From assembly GCA_009859145.1 (NCBI GenBank), contig VRVR01000021.1, positions 133,507-197,506 on the forward strand: 64,000 nt of DNA, in the 5' to 3' direction. This document shows positions 22,555 to 31,963 of the stretch, piece after piece. The DNA is from Andalucia godoyi And28. Taxonomy: Eukaryota; Protista; Jakobida. The notes below the pieces were generated by a model. The model worked only from the letters and a program-made list of their open reading frames with translations, was not told the origin of the DNA and did no database searches. The number at the start of each line of letters is the position of its first letter. Positions within the stretch are counted from its first letter, which is position 1. Both the position numbers and the translations under genes were made by a program.

Positions 22555-23724
22555 TCATTCCATGACGACGTCGTCCTCTTCGTCAAGATCGCTGTCCTCA
22601 TCGTCTTCCATGAGACCCTTAAAGAAATTTCTCCTCTTTTTTTCGTTCGCAGACGACTTGGGCATCTTCTCCCTCTTCCGTTCGGAAATTTCGGGTTCAT
22701 TCTCTTCTGTGTACACTCGCTCTTTCTTTGCGGCAAGATCGTTAATCTTGCCTTCGGCAAACTGCCGGACGTCCCAGAATTTGATGGCAGAATCATGCGA
22801 ACATGAAGCCAGAAAGGAGCCATCATGGCTGATGGACATGCATTCAACAGGATACTCTCCGTGGTCTCCAATGACTTCAACAACTTCCAACGGAGTGACT
22901 CGCAGAATCCGCACAAGACCATCACCGGCCCCGGAAGCAATGCAATTTGGACCAACAGTAACCAATGTTTCGACAGAAAACGGGTGTGCATCTGCCAATC
23001 TCTCTCTCCAGTACCCCCAATATCCCCAGGCAAACGAGTTCAAAGAGCCTTCTTGCGTGCCACAAATCAAACGCCCAGCGGCGTCCCCTTGACCTCCGAG
23101 CGTATCGCTAGTGCCTTGTCGAACAATTGTGCAGGAAAGAAATTCATCGTCGAAGGAGTCTGACGTGCTCAAGTGCTTTCCTTTTCTAACGTTGAAAACG
23201 GAAAGGCAGCCGTCACCTCCAGTCGCACACAGACACTTTGATCCAGCATCATACACAATGTCCGAGATAAAGTCCGTATTTTCGTGAAACAGCAATGCCG
23301 GCTTCGCCTGAGCCCCAAGCGTTCGAACATCCCATAAAGCAACACGGCCGCTGTCATCTCCGGTGGCAATAAGTTCTGGGGTACACGTTGTAACTGCGTT
23401 CACTGCTTCATTCCGAACATTCTTCGCATGTCCATTTGTCACGATATCTCCATTCTGAACAGCAAAGCTATCAACAGAACCATCGGAAGCCACAGAATAC
23501 AACACTTGGCCGTCTCGAGAAAAGCACACAGCCCGCGAGGCACTCTCATGTGCTTTCAAGCTGCCGACCAAGTGATTTCCTTCCGTCATCGTTTGATACA
23601 GCTGCACAGTTCCGTCAATGAGACCGACCGCCAAGACATGAGCGAATGGATGGAAAGAAAGATCAAATATTTGCAAGCCCTCAGGAATGGCGAGATCAGG
23701 CGGTGCACAGTCAAGGTCCTGCAT
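22555..23724 (-). CDS. WDR55: WD40-repeat protein, WDR55/JIP5-like (ribosome biogenesis)
   Basis: IFDLSFHP start, WD repeats (ATGDDSGRVALWD, HENTDFISD, GGDGCLSVFN, ASCSHDSAIKFWD), basic then acidic tail ending FFKGL. Confidence 0.82.
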   Translation of the reverse strand: MQDLDCAPPDLAIPEGLQIFDLSFHPFAHVLAVGLIDGTVQLYQTMTEGNHLVGSLKAHESASRAVCFSRDGQVLYSVASDGSVDSFAVQNGDIVTNGHAKNVRNEAVNAVTTCTPELIATGDDSGRVALWDVRTLGAQAKPALLFHENTDFISDIVYDAGSKCLCATGGDGCLSVFNVRKGKHLSTSDSFDDEFLSCTIVRQGTSDTLGGQGDAAGRLICGTQEGSLNSFAWGYWGYWRERLADAHPFSVETLVTVGPNCIASGAGDGLVRILRVTPLEVVEVIGDHGEYPVECMSISHDGSFLASCSHDSAIKFWDVRQFAEGKINDLAAKKERVYTEENEPEISERKREKMPKSSANEKKRRNFFKGLMEDDEDSDLDEEDDVVME

Positions 23725-24642
23725 ATCAAAACGAAATAAACAACAGCGATCGCCGGTGCCACTTAAAAACCGTTGCGTTGAGTTAAAAGAAACATAGCTG
23801 AATCAGTTCATCTGCAAAAAACGGCGAGTGCAGCTTTGTATCACCAACGTTGAATATCAAATAATACGATTTTCTTACCGTAGTCAAGTCTAGAATGTCT
23901 TCATTCTTCACTTTTCAATCTTTTCCTTTTTCTTCTTCTGTTTGTTTTTCAAAATCGGACCCTCAAACAGCACATTTCATCAAAGACAAAAAATCGCATG
24001 GCTCCAAAGAGGGATCTTCCCGACCAACTCACACCGGCCATGCCCGAAGATGCGGAGACCCAAAGAACCCGTTGATGAAGAAGCGACGGCTCTTTGATGC
24101 ACAGCAGTCTGCGTTGAAGAGCTGGTGCTCGCCCCCCCGTCCCCGAATAAAACGCACAAAAAAAAACACAAAAACATGTGGCTTGGATCTGTCTTCGGTG
24201 ACAGCTTAGCCGATGATGATCGATAATGGGCGAAAATGAACTTCATGCTCTTCCCCAAAAGCAGACTTGATGTCTTCGGTGCGCCTCGGTGGAGTGCTGT
24301 GGGTGATCTGGTTTCGGACGTTTCTGATCCGCCGGGAAGCGGCTCAGCGTCCCACCGTCGCAGAAGAGGGGGAGCGTCATGCACGTCGGGATTCCGTGTG
24401 ACAAGACAGAAGAAAAAGAAATTTTCATGGAACAATGCATCACATGCAAAAAATAAAAAACAGTTGATATGCTTTTTTAACGATCACGGTCGTGAAAAGG
24501 AGGCGATCAATTTGGTGCAATGGAAGCTGTGATTGTCAGCATAGCAACAATTCACTTGCCATTCTGCAGTCGTTGAAGCATGACGAAGCGCGTTTTCGTC
24601 GCAACAGTGAGACTATGGGTTTGTTTTTACACTGTACGTCCT

Positions 24643-25311
24643 TTATGACTCCGTTTTGGAAAGAAAGTCACGTCGGTTCCGAAGAGCTTCTTGCAAAATA
24701 ATGTGCGATCCCTGAGCGATCTCGGGGTATGTGCATTTCGTTCCTCTTTGAAGGCACCTATTGCAAGAAGGCCTCTGATGGTCGCACCGTCTGTGGCTCT
24801 TGATGCACTCTTCACAGGAGCGCTTTCGTTGTGCAAAAAGTGAAGACAAAGGCAAGGCACCGCATTCATCAAGATTCTCGCAGTATTGTCGGATCTTGCG
24901 AAGAGACGGATTGGAGACACGGTCGGTTCGTCCAGTATTCTTGAGCACTGCCGAATGTGTTTTCCCATTTCTTAGCGTCTGGATCCTTTGGAGATGAAAG
25001 ACAAACCCCGTTTTTGATTCGAGCTTGTCAGTTTCGCTTTCGCCCGCATCCTCACCGTCGCCCTCGCTCCCCCCTTCGGAGTCACGGTCCAAATGACAGT
25101 CCAGCTGAGTTGAATGTTCGGAAGAAGGGGTTGGTGGCAGTCTGCAAGTTGACCGTGGGTCACTGCTACTGGTCCCTTGCACTTGGATGGGAGGCAGCGT
25201 GAGAATAAAGGACAGCTGAATGCTTGTGAATAGGTGAAGATCAGACTCGATTTTGCTGCAAATTTCTTGCAAAGCGTCCTGATCAAGCGTCAAAAATGGA
25301 GCACGCAGCAT
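24643..25311 (-). CDS. Zn(II)2Cys6 binuclear-cluster protein, putative transcription factor
   Basis: CEECIKSHRRCDHQRPSCNRCLQRGTKCTY matches C-x2-C-x6-C-x6-C-x2-C-x6-C. Confidence 0.78.
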   Translation of the reverse strand: MLRAPFLTLDQDALQEICSKIESDLHLFTSIQLSFILTLPPIQVQGTSSSDPRSTCRLPPTPSSEHSTQLDCHLDRDSEGGSEGDGEDAGESETDKLESKTGFVFHLQRIQTLRNGKTHSAVLKNTGRTDRVSNPSLRKIRQYCENLDECGALPLSSLFAQRKRSCEECIKSHRRCDHQRPSCNRCLQRGTKCTYPEIAQGSHIILQEALRNRRDFLSKTES

Positions 25312-25568
25312 CGTGTTTCTTTTTCAGTCCTTTGTGTTTTTCCTTCTGTCTTTCTTTTTTTTTGTATTGTTTTCTTTGTGGGACAGCAAAAAAACGACAG
25401 AGCTGCGGGTGCCAAGATGAATCCATTCATTAGTAAAGGAGAAAAGACGAAGAGAACGAACAAGGATTGCAGCATTTCCCCTCGGGTTTCGGTACCTCTG
25501 TTACATCGTTGTTGTAACTCGTGCAAAATTACGAAACGTTTACGCTTTCGAATTCGTTTGTCGTGAGT

Positions 25569-26762
25569 TTACACTGATCCGGGTTGCTTACGTTTCCTTG
25601 CGTGCATGAAATCGAGGGTCTTCCAACTGAGTTCCAATTTCTGATGCAACCAGACACAATGTCACCCATGAAGAGTGCTTTGGCACGTCCTTTGGTGCAA
25701 GCAGATGTTTTTCCCATTCAGAAACGATTCCCGGCGCGGATGTGTCGCAGCTGCGCCTGGTTGAACCAGTGACCAGCACGCCGTACCCTTTTTTGGATGA
25801 TCTTCCTCAAGAGTCACCGTTCCGTCCTGTTGACGAAATTTTGCTAATGAAATGCGAGCAAACGACAGCAACGAATACGTGCAGTTGCTAGAACAATGCT
25901 GTTTCCTGGAGTCCCTGGGCACCGTTTCGGAGGTCCGGCTTTGGCGAGGGCGCTCATCGCACGAACCTGCACTCTTGCTTCACCTGCGTGTAATTATTCG
26001 TGACTTGAATCAGCAGAAGTTTCCTGTGCATGGGGAAGACCAGGCTACGCGAGGCGGGTCTGCGACTTCCAAGTTCCCCCTTTTTCTTGACTGTTGACGC
26101 CCTCCCTGGTTCAGTTTCCTCCTCGCTTTCACTTTGTTGAATCTCTCTACCAATCGTGCAGCTGGAGACTGGTCCGTGCTCCGATGATCGGGGTTTGTCT
26201 GCCAACAATTGTGTTCTCCATTTCGGACACCTTCGTATAAGTAGATATCTGAGGGGAGCAGGGTTTGCACCTGCGCCGAATTCACAGTCTGTTTTAAGCA
26301 CCAACATCAAATCTCCCTGAGGAAGCGCTTGTCGCTCAAGTCGACTTTGGAAATGCAAACAGCCTTGTTTCTATCCAGTCCGGCTGCGACCAAACTGTGT
26401 GCTTTCGCAAGAAGCACCTGAAGTGCCGGTGCAGAACCGCTGCTCGAGGGGTTCGGCAATTCGACATCCGTGTGACGAAACCTTGCGGACCGTGTCAGCG
26501 TTGCAAACCGATTTCCTCGCCAAACTCCGCAGCCGGCTGCCGCAGAGTCCTTTATGTTGAGATTTTTACGAATGCATCTCGGCAAAAGTTCCGGCCCCCC
26601 GGCGCATGCTGTGCGATGATCCCCAGCTTCGGACGCTTTCATGCTTTCTCAAGTGTTTCCTTTGGAAACTGCGGTTTTTCTCCAAACGCATTTTCGGCAA
26701 AGCTGTCCAATATCGGGGGTAGTGCTGCAATCACAGACTGAATTGCCGTCAGATCCGTTCAT
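25569..26762 (-). pseudogene. Decayed or recoded coding-like region of unknown origin
   Basis: One minus-strand frame runs from ATG 26762 to TAA 25569 with five in-frame TGA and no TAA/TAG; other frames carry protein-like fragments; no homology recognised. Confidence 0.3.
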
Positions 26763-26804
26763 CCAGTTCTCTGCAACGGACAAAAACTGAGCCAACAGCG
26801 GCAC

Positions 26805-26838
26805 ACGCACCTAACGCACCTAACGCACCTAACGCACC
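26805..26838. repeat. Tandem 9-bp repeat (ACGCACCTA)3 plus ACGCACC
   Basis: Read directly. Confidence 0.9.
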
Positions 26839-26863
26839 AGTGTTTTTGCTGGGGTGGGTTGGT

Positions 26864-26880
26864 GGCCAATCAGTGGCGGG
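26864..26880 (+). promoter_or_regulatory. CCAAT box (GGCCAATCAG) followed by a GC box (GGCGGG)
   Basis: Matches the NF-Y consensus; intergenic; function not shown. Confidence 0.35.
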
Positions 26881-27322
26881 CGCATCTGGTGATCTGTCAT
26901 TGTGTGTCTACTGACGTCAGGCATACGAGCAGTCCAACTCGCCCCTCTGTCGTCCATTTGCGCGCACGTTGTCCTGTCTGGTACGACGTTATCGACAAAA
27001 ATGTCTGCCTTTTCCAGACTCCCTCGCCGACCTTTGGGTGAATTTTGGATCTCCCCCAGCTCCATTCCAAAAGAGGTTGGCGAGTGGCGACCCTTCTGCT
27101 TGATGATTTGCTTGTGTGAATTCAAAAAAGTCTCATTCTTCTTTTAACGTATCATCCAATTCAATTTTTTGCTTTTGTTTTGATATGTCAATAGTACTGC
27201 AAGAGAATTTAGACAATTGAGTGTTTGTGAACGACTTTTTTTTTGATTTTCTGATTTGATTTTTTCCCGTTTGTTTACACTGTTTCTTTCTTACTGAGCG
27301 CAACACAGAACAACAGGCTCGA

Positions 27323-28741
27323 ATGGGAAGCGGTCTTCGGAAATCTCCGTTGAAGCAGACGGACCCCTCCAGCCCATTGGAACATCATCCATCATCCCAC
27401 GAGGATGCCTCTTGCAGTACCAACCCGAGTGCTGCTGCAAACGGAGATGATGACATTGATCCTGCAGCCGCACGGTATCTTCGACAGCGCCGAGGCGGAC
27501 TCTTGTCATATGACACTGCTACGTTCACAACCGTGGATGCGTCCACCGGCCAGATGGTCACCATGGTGAGATCGTCTTATGCACCATCGTCGATGCTCGG
27601 CACTTCTGAAGAAAATTCGACATTCGATGCTTCTTCCCTTATTGGGGGATCCAATTCGGCAGCAGCGGCGTCGTTCGTTGCAGATGATCCAGTGATGGCT
27701 TATTACCTTTCGCTAGCGCGTTCTGGAGAGCACAATCAGATGCAAGACCCTCAGATAGATACTCGGATGATGATGAGCGAGAACATGAATGTTGACGTAG
27801 AAATGACGGATGTCGATGTCGATGGCAGCGATGCGGTGTACGCCATGGCGGATCACGATGACGAAATGTTGTATCACCCATCAGAAGAAGATGTTATTGC
27901 GGAACAACAGCGTTTGGCAGCAGAAGAAGAGGCAGATATTTCCTCTCTCGAAGTCCCCGCTGGTAAACATCACATCATGCACCCGAAGAAGAGTGCTCTC
28001 AAGTCTACCAGCGCAGTTGCCTGTAAGCACGACGCACTTTCAGATCTACCCTTCGCGGCCGTTTCTTTGTCGTCCGTAGGCGTTGCGGAAGGCTGCACTT
28101 CTGCGAGTTCAAGTGGTTCAACCCGTGTGCATTTTAATCACACTATCATCGAAGAGGAGTATCCAGCCAATTCTCCTCCGGTGGCCGTTCTCTACTGTTC
28201 GGAAAGGCAGGTCCGAAGATTGCCCTCTCAAGACAACCTGGATATTGTCGATGGCATTGTCGACCCAGTTCTTGAGAATCCTAGTGAGTCCATCGTCATC
28301 GACGGGCTTCCTGGAGATTCGTGTATGGGTGGTCCTTCAAGCAACTCCTCTACTGCAACTTGTGATTTATCGGATGACGAGACAGTGTCCGATGGACGCC
28401 CTTCATCAAGCGAATCTGGTGTTTTCCCTGAATTTGGTTATGGTGTTCCAATGTCTGCTGGTGGTCAAGGCAGCCGTCCACGTGTTCGGCATGTTCGAAG
28501 TCACTCTGGAAAGCCACCGGCAGCATTTGGAGATGTCAGCCAACAACAGCCGAACGGTGCCGATGTCCATTCAGCTGCGGTGAATGGTAACCAAAGTCAC
28601 ACGTTCATGTCGGATCTTCGACAAGTGATCGATGTGGAGAATGCGTCCGGACTGACACCTCGCGATCAAAGTGGGAATTCTCCGTCGTTTGAACACTGGG
28701 CACATCTGTACAAAACTGCGCAAGGTACCCAACAGCCATGA
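27323..28741 (+). CDS. Hypothetical acidic, Ser-rich disordered protein (472 aa)
   Basis: Long ATG-to-TGA ORF; contains KSALK and RVHF (RVxF-like) short motifs. Confidence 0.8.
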   Translation: MGSGLRKSPLKQTDPSSPLEHHPSSHEDASCSTNPSAAANGDDDIDPAAARYLRQRRGGLLSYDTATFTTVDASTGQMVTMVRSSYAPSSMLGTSEENSTFDASSLIGGSNSAAAASFVADDPVMAYYLSLARSGEHNQMQDPQIDTRMMMSENMNVDVEMTDVDVDGSDAVYAMADHDDEMLYHPSEEDVIAEQQRLAAEEEADISSLEVPAGKHHIMHPKKSALKSTSAVACKHDALSDLPFAAVSLSSVGVAEGCTSASSSGSTRVHFNHTIIEEEYPANSPPVAVLYCSERQVRRLPSQDNLDIVDGIVDPVLENPSESIVIDGLPGDSCMGGPSSNSSTATCDLSDDETVSDGRPSSSESGVFPEFGYGVPMSAGGQGSRPRVRHVRSHSGKPPAAFGDVSQQQPNGADVHSAAVNGNQSHTFMSDLRQVIDVENASGLTPRDQSGNSPSFEHWAHLYKTAQGTQQP

Positions 28742-28989
28742 TTGCTTTCTTCTTCTGCGTCCGTCTTCCTTGCTTCGTCTCATCAATTTTTTTGTTTTGT
28801 TGTTGCTGTCCGGTTTCTAGAATTTCACAAGTGATTGGCATTGGATCGCCGTTTTTTTCTTTTCTTGTTTACTCGTGTCTAATGCTGCTTTCGTAGACAG
28901 AAATCCTGTTGTTATTGTAGTTGCATAATTAAAAACAAAAACGGGAAAACATCAAGCTCTTTTCGAAAACTTTCGGTGTTTTCGTCGGA

Positions 28990-29973
28990 TCATTCTGTCT
29001 TTTTCAGAATCTGCAAATTAGCCTTGTCAGAAAGTTTCCAGATTCCAAGTCTGTACAACAACGGAATGCATATCACGTCTCGGAGCATCATGATACTTGC
29101 AGTCGCCACATTGAGCTTTGATCCGTCAATTTCCGTCCAATGCACAGGGACCTCCAAAGTCTTGATGCCTAATCTCTGTGCACGGTAGAAGAGCTCAACA
29201 TCAAACCCCCACCGATCAATATGCACGCCCTCAAACAATTGTATGGCAATGCTTCTCGGGAATAACTTGAATCCGCACTGCGTATCTCGAATGTCGCGAA
29301 CACACAGGGAAGATACCAAAAAATGGAAAGAGTGCATTAGCAGATTTCTCAAAGGAGACCGTTTCGAAATCGCTTCATCCATGAGGTGCGCCCGTGATCC
29401 AAGCACAACGCCATTTGAATTGAGCTTACTTTGCATCAAGGAATACAGGGTGACAAGGTCTTCTATTTCAGTGGCACCATCTGCGTCCACCATCAGCACG
29501 TACTTCCCTCGGCTTGACAGGACCCCTTGTTTTACCGCATGGCCTTTCCCTCTGTTCTCGAGCAACGACAACACGCGAAGTTCTGGAACATTGTGCACAG
29601 CTGCAAACTGGCAAACTCTATTCACCGTATTGTCGCGAGATCCATCGTTCACAACCAAAATCTCAAACGTTGGGAAAAAATTCCTTGCCCGGGAATCATT
29701 TCGAAGGAAGGAAATGGTCTGGTTGAGCATGATGGGAATCCGATCTTGTTCATTATAAGCAGGAATCACCAGAGAAATGTCAACTTCAGCCTTCGAAGAC
29801 AATGTTGGGAAAGGTCGTTCTGCTGCTTTCTCCGACATCCCATCAATATACAGGGTCTTTGGGCTTATTTTTGTGGCAGAAACGTAAGATTTCAGAGACT
29901 TGATCGTCCAGGAAATGGCAAACAAACACACAAAGCCAAAGCCATAGAGAACGGGAGACAGAAAATCGATCAT
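28990..29973 (-). CDS. ALG5: Dolichyl-phosphate beta-glucosyltransferase (GT2)
   Basis: N-terminal TM; SLVIPAYNE, VVNDGS, NRGKGHAV, MVDADGAT, GSRAH, DTQCGFKLF, WGFDVE and GSKL motifs; C-terminal KKTE ER-retrieval signal. Confidence 0.95.
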   Translation of the reverse strand: MIDFLSPVLYGFGFVCLFAISWTIKSLKSYVSATKISPKTLYIDGMSEKAAERPFPTLSSKAEVDISLVIPAYNEQDRIPIMLNQTISFLRNDSRARNFFPTFEILVVNDGSRDNTVNRVCQFAAVHNVPELRVLSLLENRGKGHAVKQGVLSSRGKYVLMVDADGATEIEDLVTLYSLMQSKLNSNGVVLGSRAHLMDEAISKRSPLRNLLMHSFHFLVSSLCVRDIRDTQCGFKLFPRSIAIQLFEGVHIDRWGFDVELFYRAQRLGIKTLEVPVHWTEIDGSKLNVATASIMMLRDVICIPLLYRLGIWKLSDKANLQILKKTE

Positions 29974-30431
29974 GATTGAAAATACATGAGCAGAATCTTG
30001 AAAATAAGCATTCAGAGGAACTGAAAATGAAGAAGAAGATTAAAAAAGGTGGAAAAACACAAACAACAACAACAACAACAACAAAAAGAAAAAAACACTA
30101 ATGCAAAACAAAACAAACGCTGAGAGTTGTGGATTCGAGTTGATTGTTGGAGAATTCTGTGACAAATGTTCGAGTGTAGAAGCACGACAGTTTGTTGCTT
30201 GCGTGCATTCAGCACCGAGGAATTCTGAATTTTCAGTCATTCTTGGCCTTCCGCGGGAGACAGTTCGAAGAGAAAGATGCAAAACTGGGGATGCCGAATA
30301 TGCGCGCGGACTTCGAAGCGGGGTCGCAGGGTTGCAGGGTTGGCGGGTCGGCAATGGCCTGCACATGCGAAGACGACGGTGAAAAAATAAATAAATAAAA
30401 AATGGAGTGAGCGAGAACTGCACAGCTTTAC

Positions 30432-31463
30432 TTATTGCGTCAAGAAATGGTCTAGCAAAGATAGCACTTCTTCTGGAGCTTCTTGCTGGACCCAATGTGA
30501 GACTTCTGGCAGCCACACAATTTGCGAGTTTGGAGCGACCTGGCCGATTCCTTTCAAGAGTTCTTTTCCAAGTGCAATGTCCTTTTCTCCCCATACGACC
30601 AACACAGAGCATTGAATTGGCTTTCTGAGCTTTGCCTTCATTTCCCTGTCCGGAGCAGACAAGAAAATTGCGCGGTACCATGACAACATGGGTGCGAGTC
30701 CCTTTGAAGTATAGTACTTTGCAACCTCCACATCTTCTTCATTGCAAGTCGAAATCGGCTTGTATATATGGCTTAAGAACCCGTAGTCATCCATTGTCAG
30801 CAACAGTTCTGGCAAGTAAGGCAGCTGGATAAAGAAGATGTACCAAGAGCGAACGAACGCTTGGTGGAGAGTCATGTTCTTCATAAACAATCTAGGGTGC
30901 GGTGCATTCAAGATCATCATCTTCTGCACCAATTCAGGATACGCGTGCGCAAAGTTCCACGAAACTGCACCACCCCAATCATGTCCGACAAGACACGATA
31001 TGTGAGTGTAGCCCAGGGCGTCCACCAACAGCTTGATATCCTCAAGCAGGAACGGATGCATCATGTAGTTCTCAGCTCCTGCAGGCTTATCGGACTCACC
31101 ATACCCTCTCATGTCCACCGCCACCACGTAAAACCCCCTCTCGCCACCATCCTGTGCGGATGGCTGTTGTCGCTTTGCAAAATGGTCGAGTGCAAATCTC
31201 CAGCAGTACCAACTCTCCGGGAACCCATGCAGCAAGACAACTAAAGGATCGCCTTTCTTACCTACGGAAACAGTGTGCAGCTCCATTCCGTTCAAGAGCT
31301 TGACGCGCGAATGCGTTCCGAATCCAGTGGCCACGCTTGGTATCCGCTCACGATGTTTTTTCGAAAAGCACCGGCCCAACGAAACAATGCACCGAAGCAC
31401 AATCACCAAGCAGACAGGAATCGCATAAACGCACCCTAGGGCAAACGGGATCCATCTGTTCAT
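30432..31463 (-). CDS. Epoxide hydrolase, EPHX3/EPHX4-like, membrane-anchored
   Basis: LHGFPESWYCWR, AVDMRGYGESD, VGHDWGG (Asp nucleophile), RSWYIFF, GEKD and SHWVQQE motifs; start may extend to ATG 31694. Confidence 0.9.
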   Translation of the reverse strand: MNRWIPFALGCVYAIPVCLVIVLRCIVSLGRCFSKKHRERIPSVATGFGTHSRVKLLNGMELHTVSVGKKGDPLVVLLHGFPESWYCWRFALDHFAKRQQPSAQDGGERGFYVVAVDMRGYGESDKPAGAENYMMHPFLLEDIKLLVDALGYTHISCLVGHDWGGAVSWNFAHAYPELVQKMMILNAPHPRLFMKNMTLHQAFVRSWYIFFIQLPYLPELLLTMDDYGFLSHIYKPISTCNEEDVEVAKYYTSKGLAPMLSWYRAIFLSAPDREMKAKLRKPIQCSVLVVWGEKDIALGKELLKGIGQVAPNSQIVWLPEVSHWVQQEAPEEVLSLLDHFLTQ

Positions 31464-31643
31464 CGCAGCCACCCACACCCGCAACAAATTGTATTGGTCG
31501 TCAACTCGCCACTCCTGTTTCCCACCCAGCTGAATCGGCAAATAACAATAATAATAAAAATAATAAATAATAAAAAATGTGCATGATACGTCTTGAAGAG
31601 GTCTCTCTCTGTCTCTTTGATGAAAAGAAAAGTCTTGAAACCC

Positions 31644-31676
31644 CCCGAAATTCCCGAAACTCCCGAAATTCCCGAA
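31644..31676. repeat. Four CCCGAA(A) units at a 9-bp period
   Basis: CCCGAA at 31644, 31653, 31662 and 31671 in the divergent EPHX / SET spacer. Confidence 0.85.
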
Positions 31677-31963
31677 GGAGCCCTCAAGCGTCATCAAGCT
31701 TTTTCCTGAAACAAATAAAGCAGTTTTTTTTTTGATACACAACAGCGTCCCGATTCCCGCCCAATTTCCAGGACTCGTTTTGCATGTTGCGATTTGTCAC
31801 ACGTCTTTTTCCTGCAGACACATCGTTCTTGCTATTTCTCTCTCTCTTTTTCTCGTTTTTGTTCTATCCTAGTCTTCTCGTCATTCCAGCAGAGTTTGTC
31901 CCAGAATTGTTCTTTTATTCTGCGCTGGTGGTGGTGAAGGCAGGGAGAAAGTGAGAACACGAA

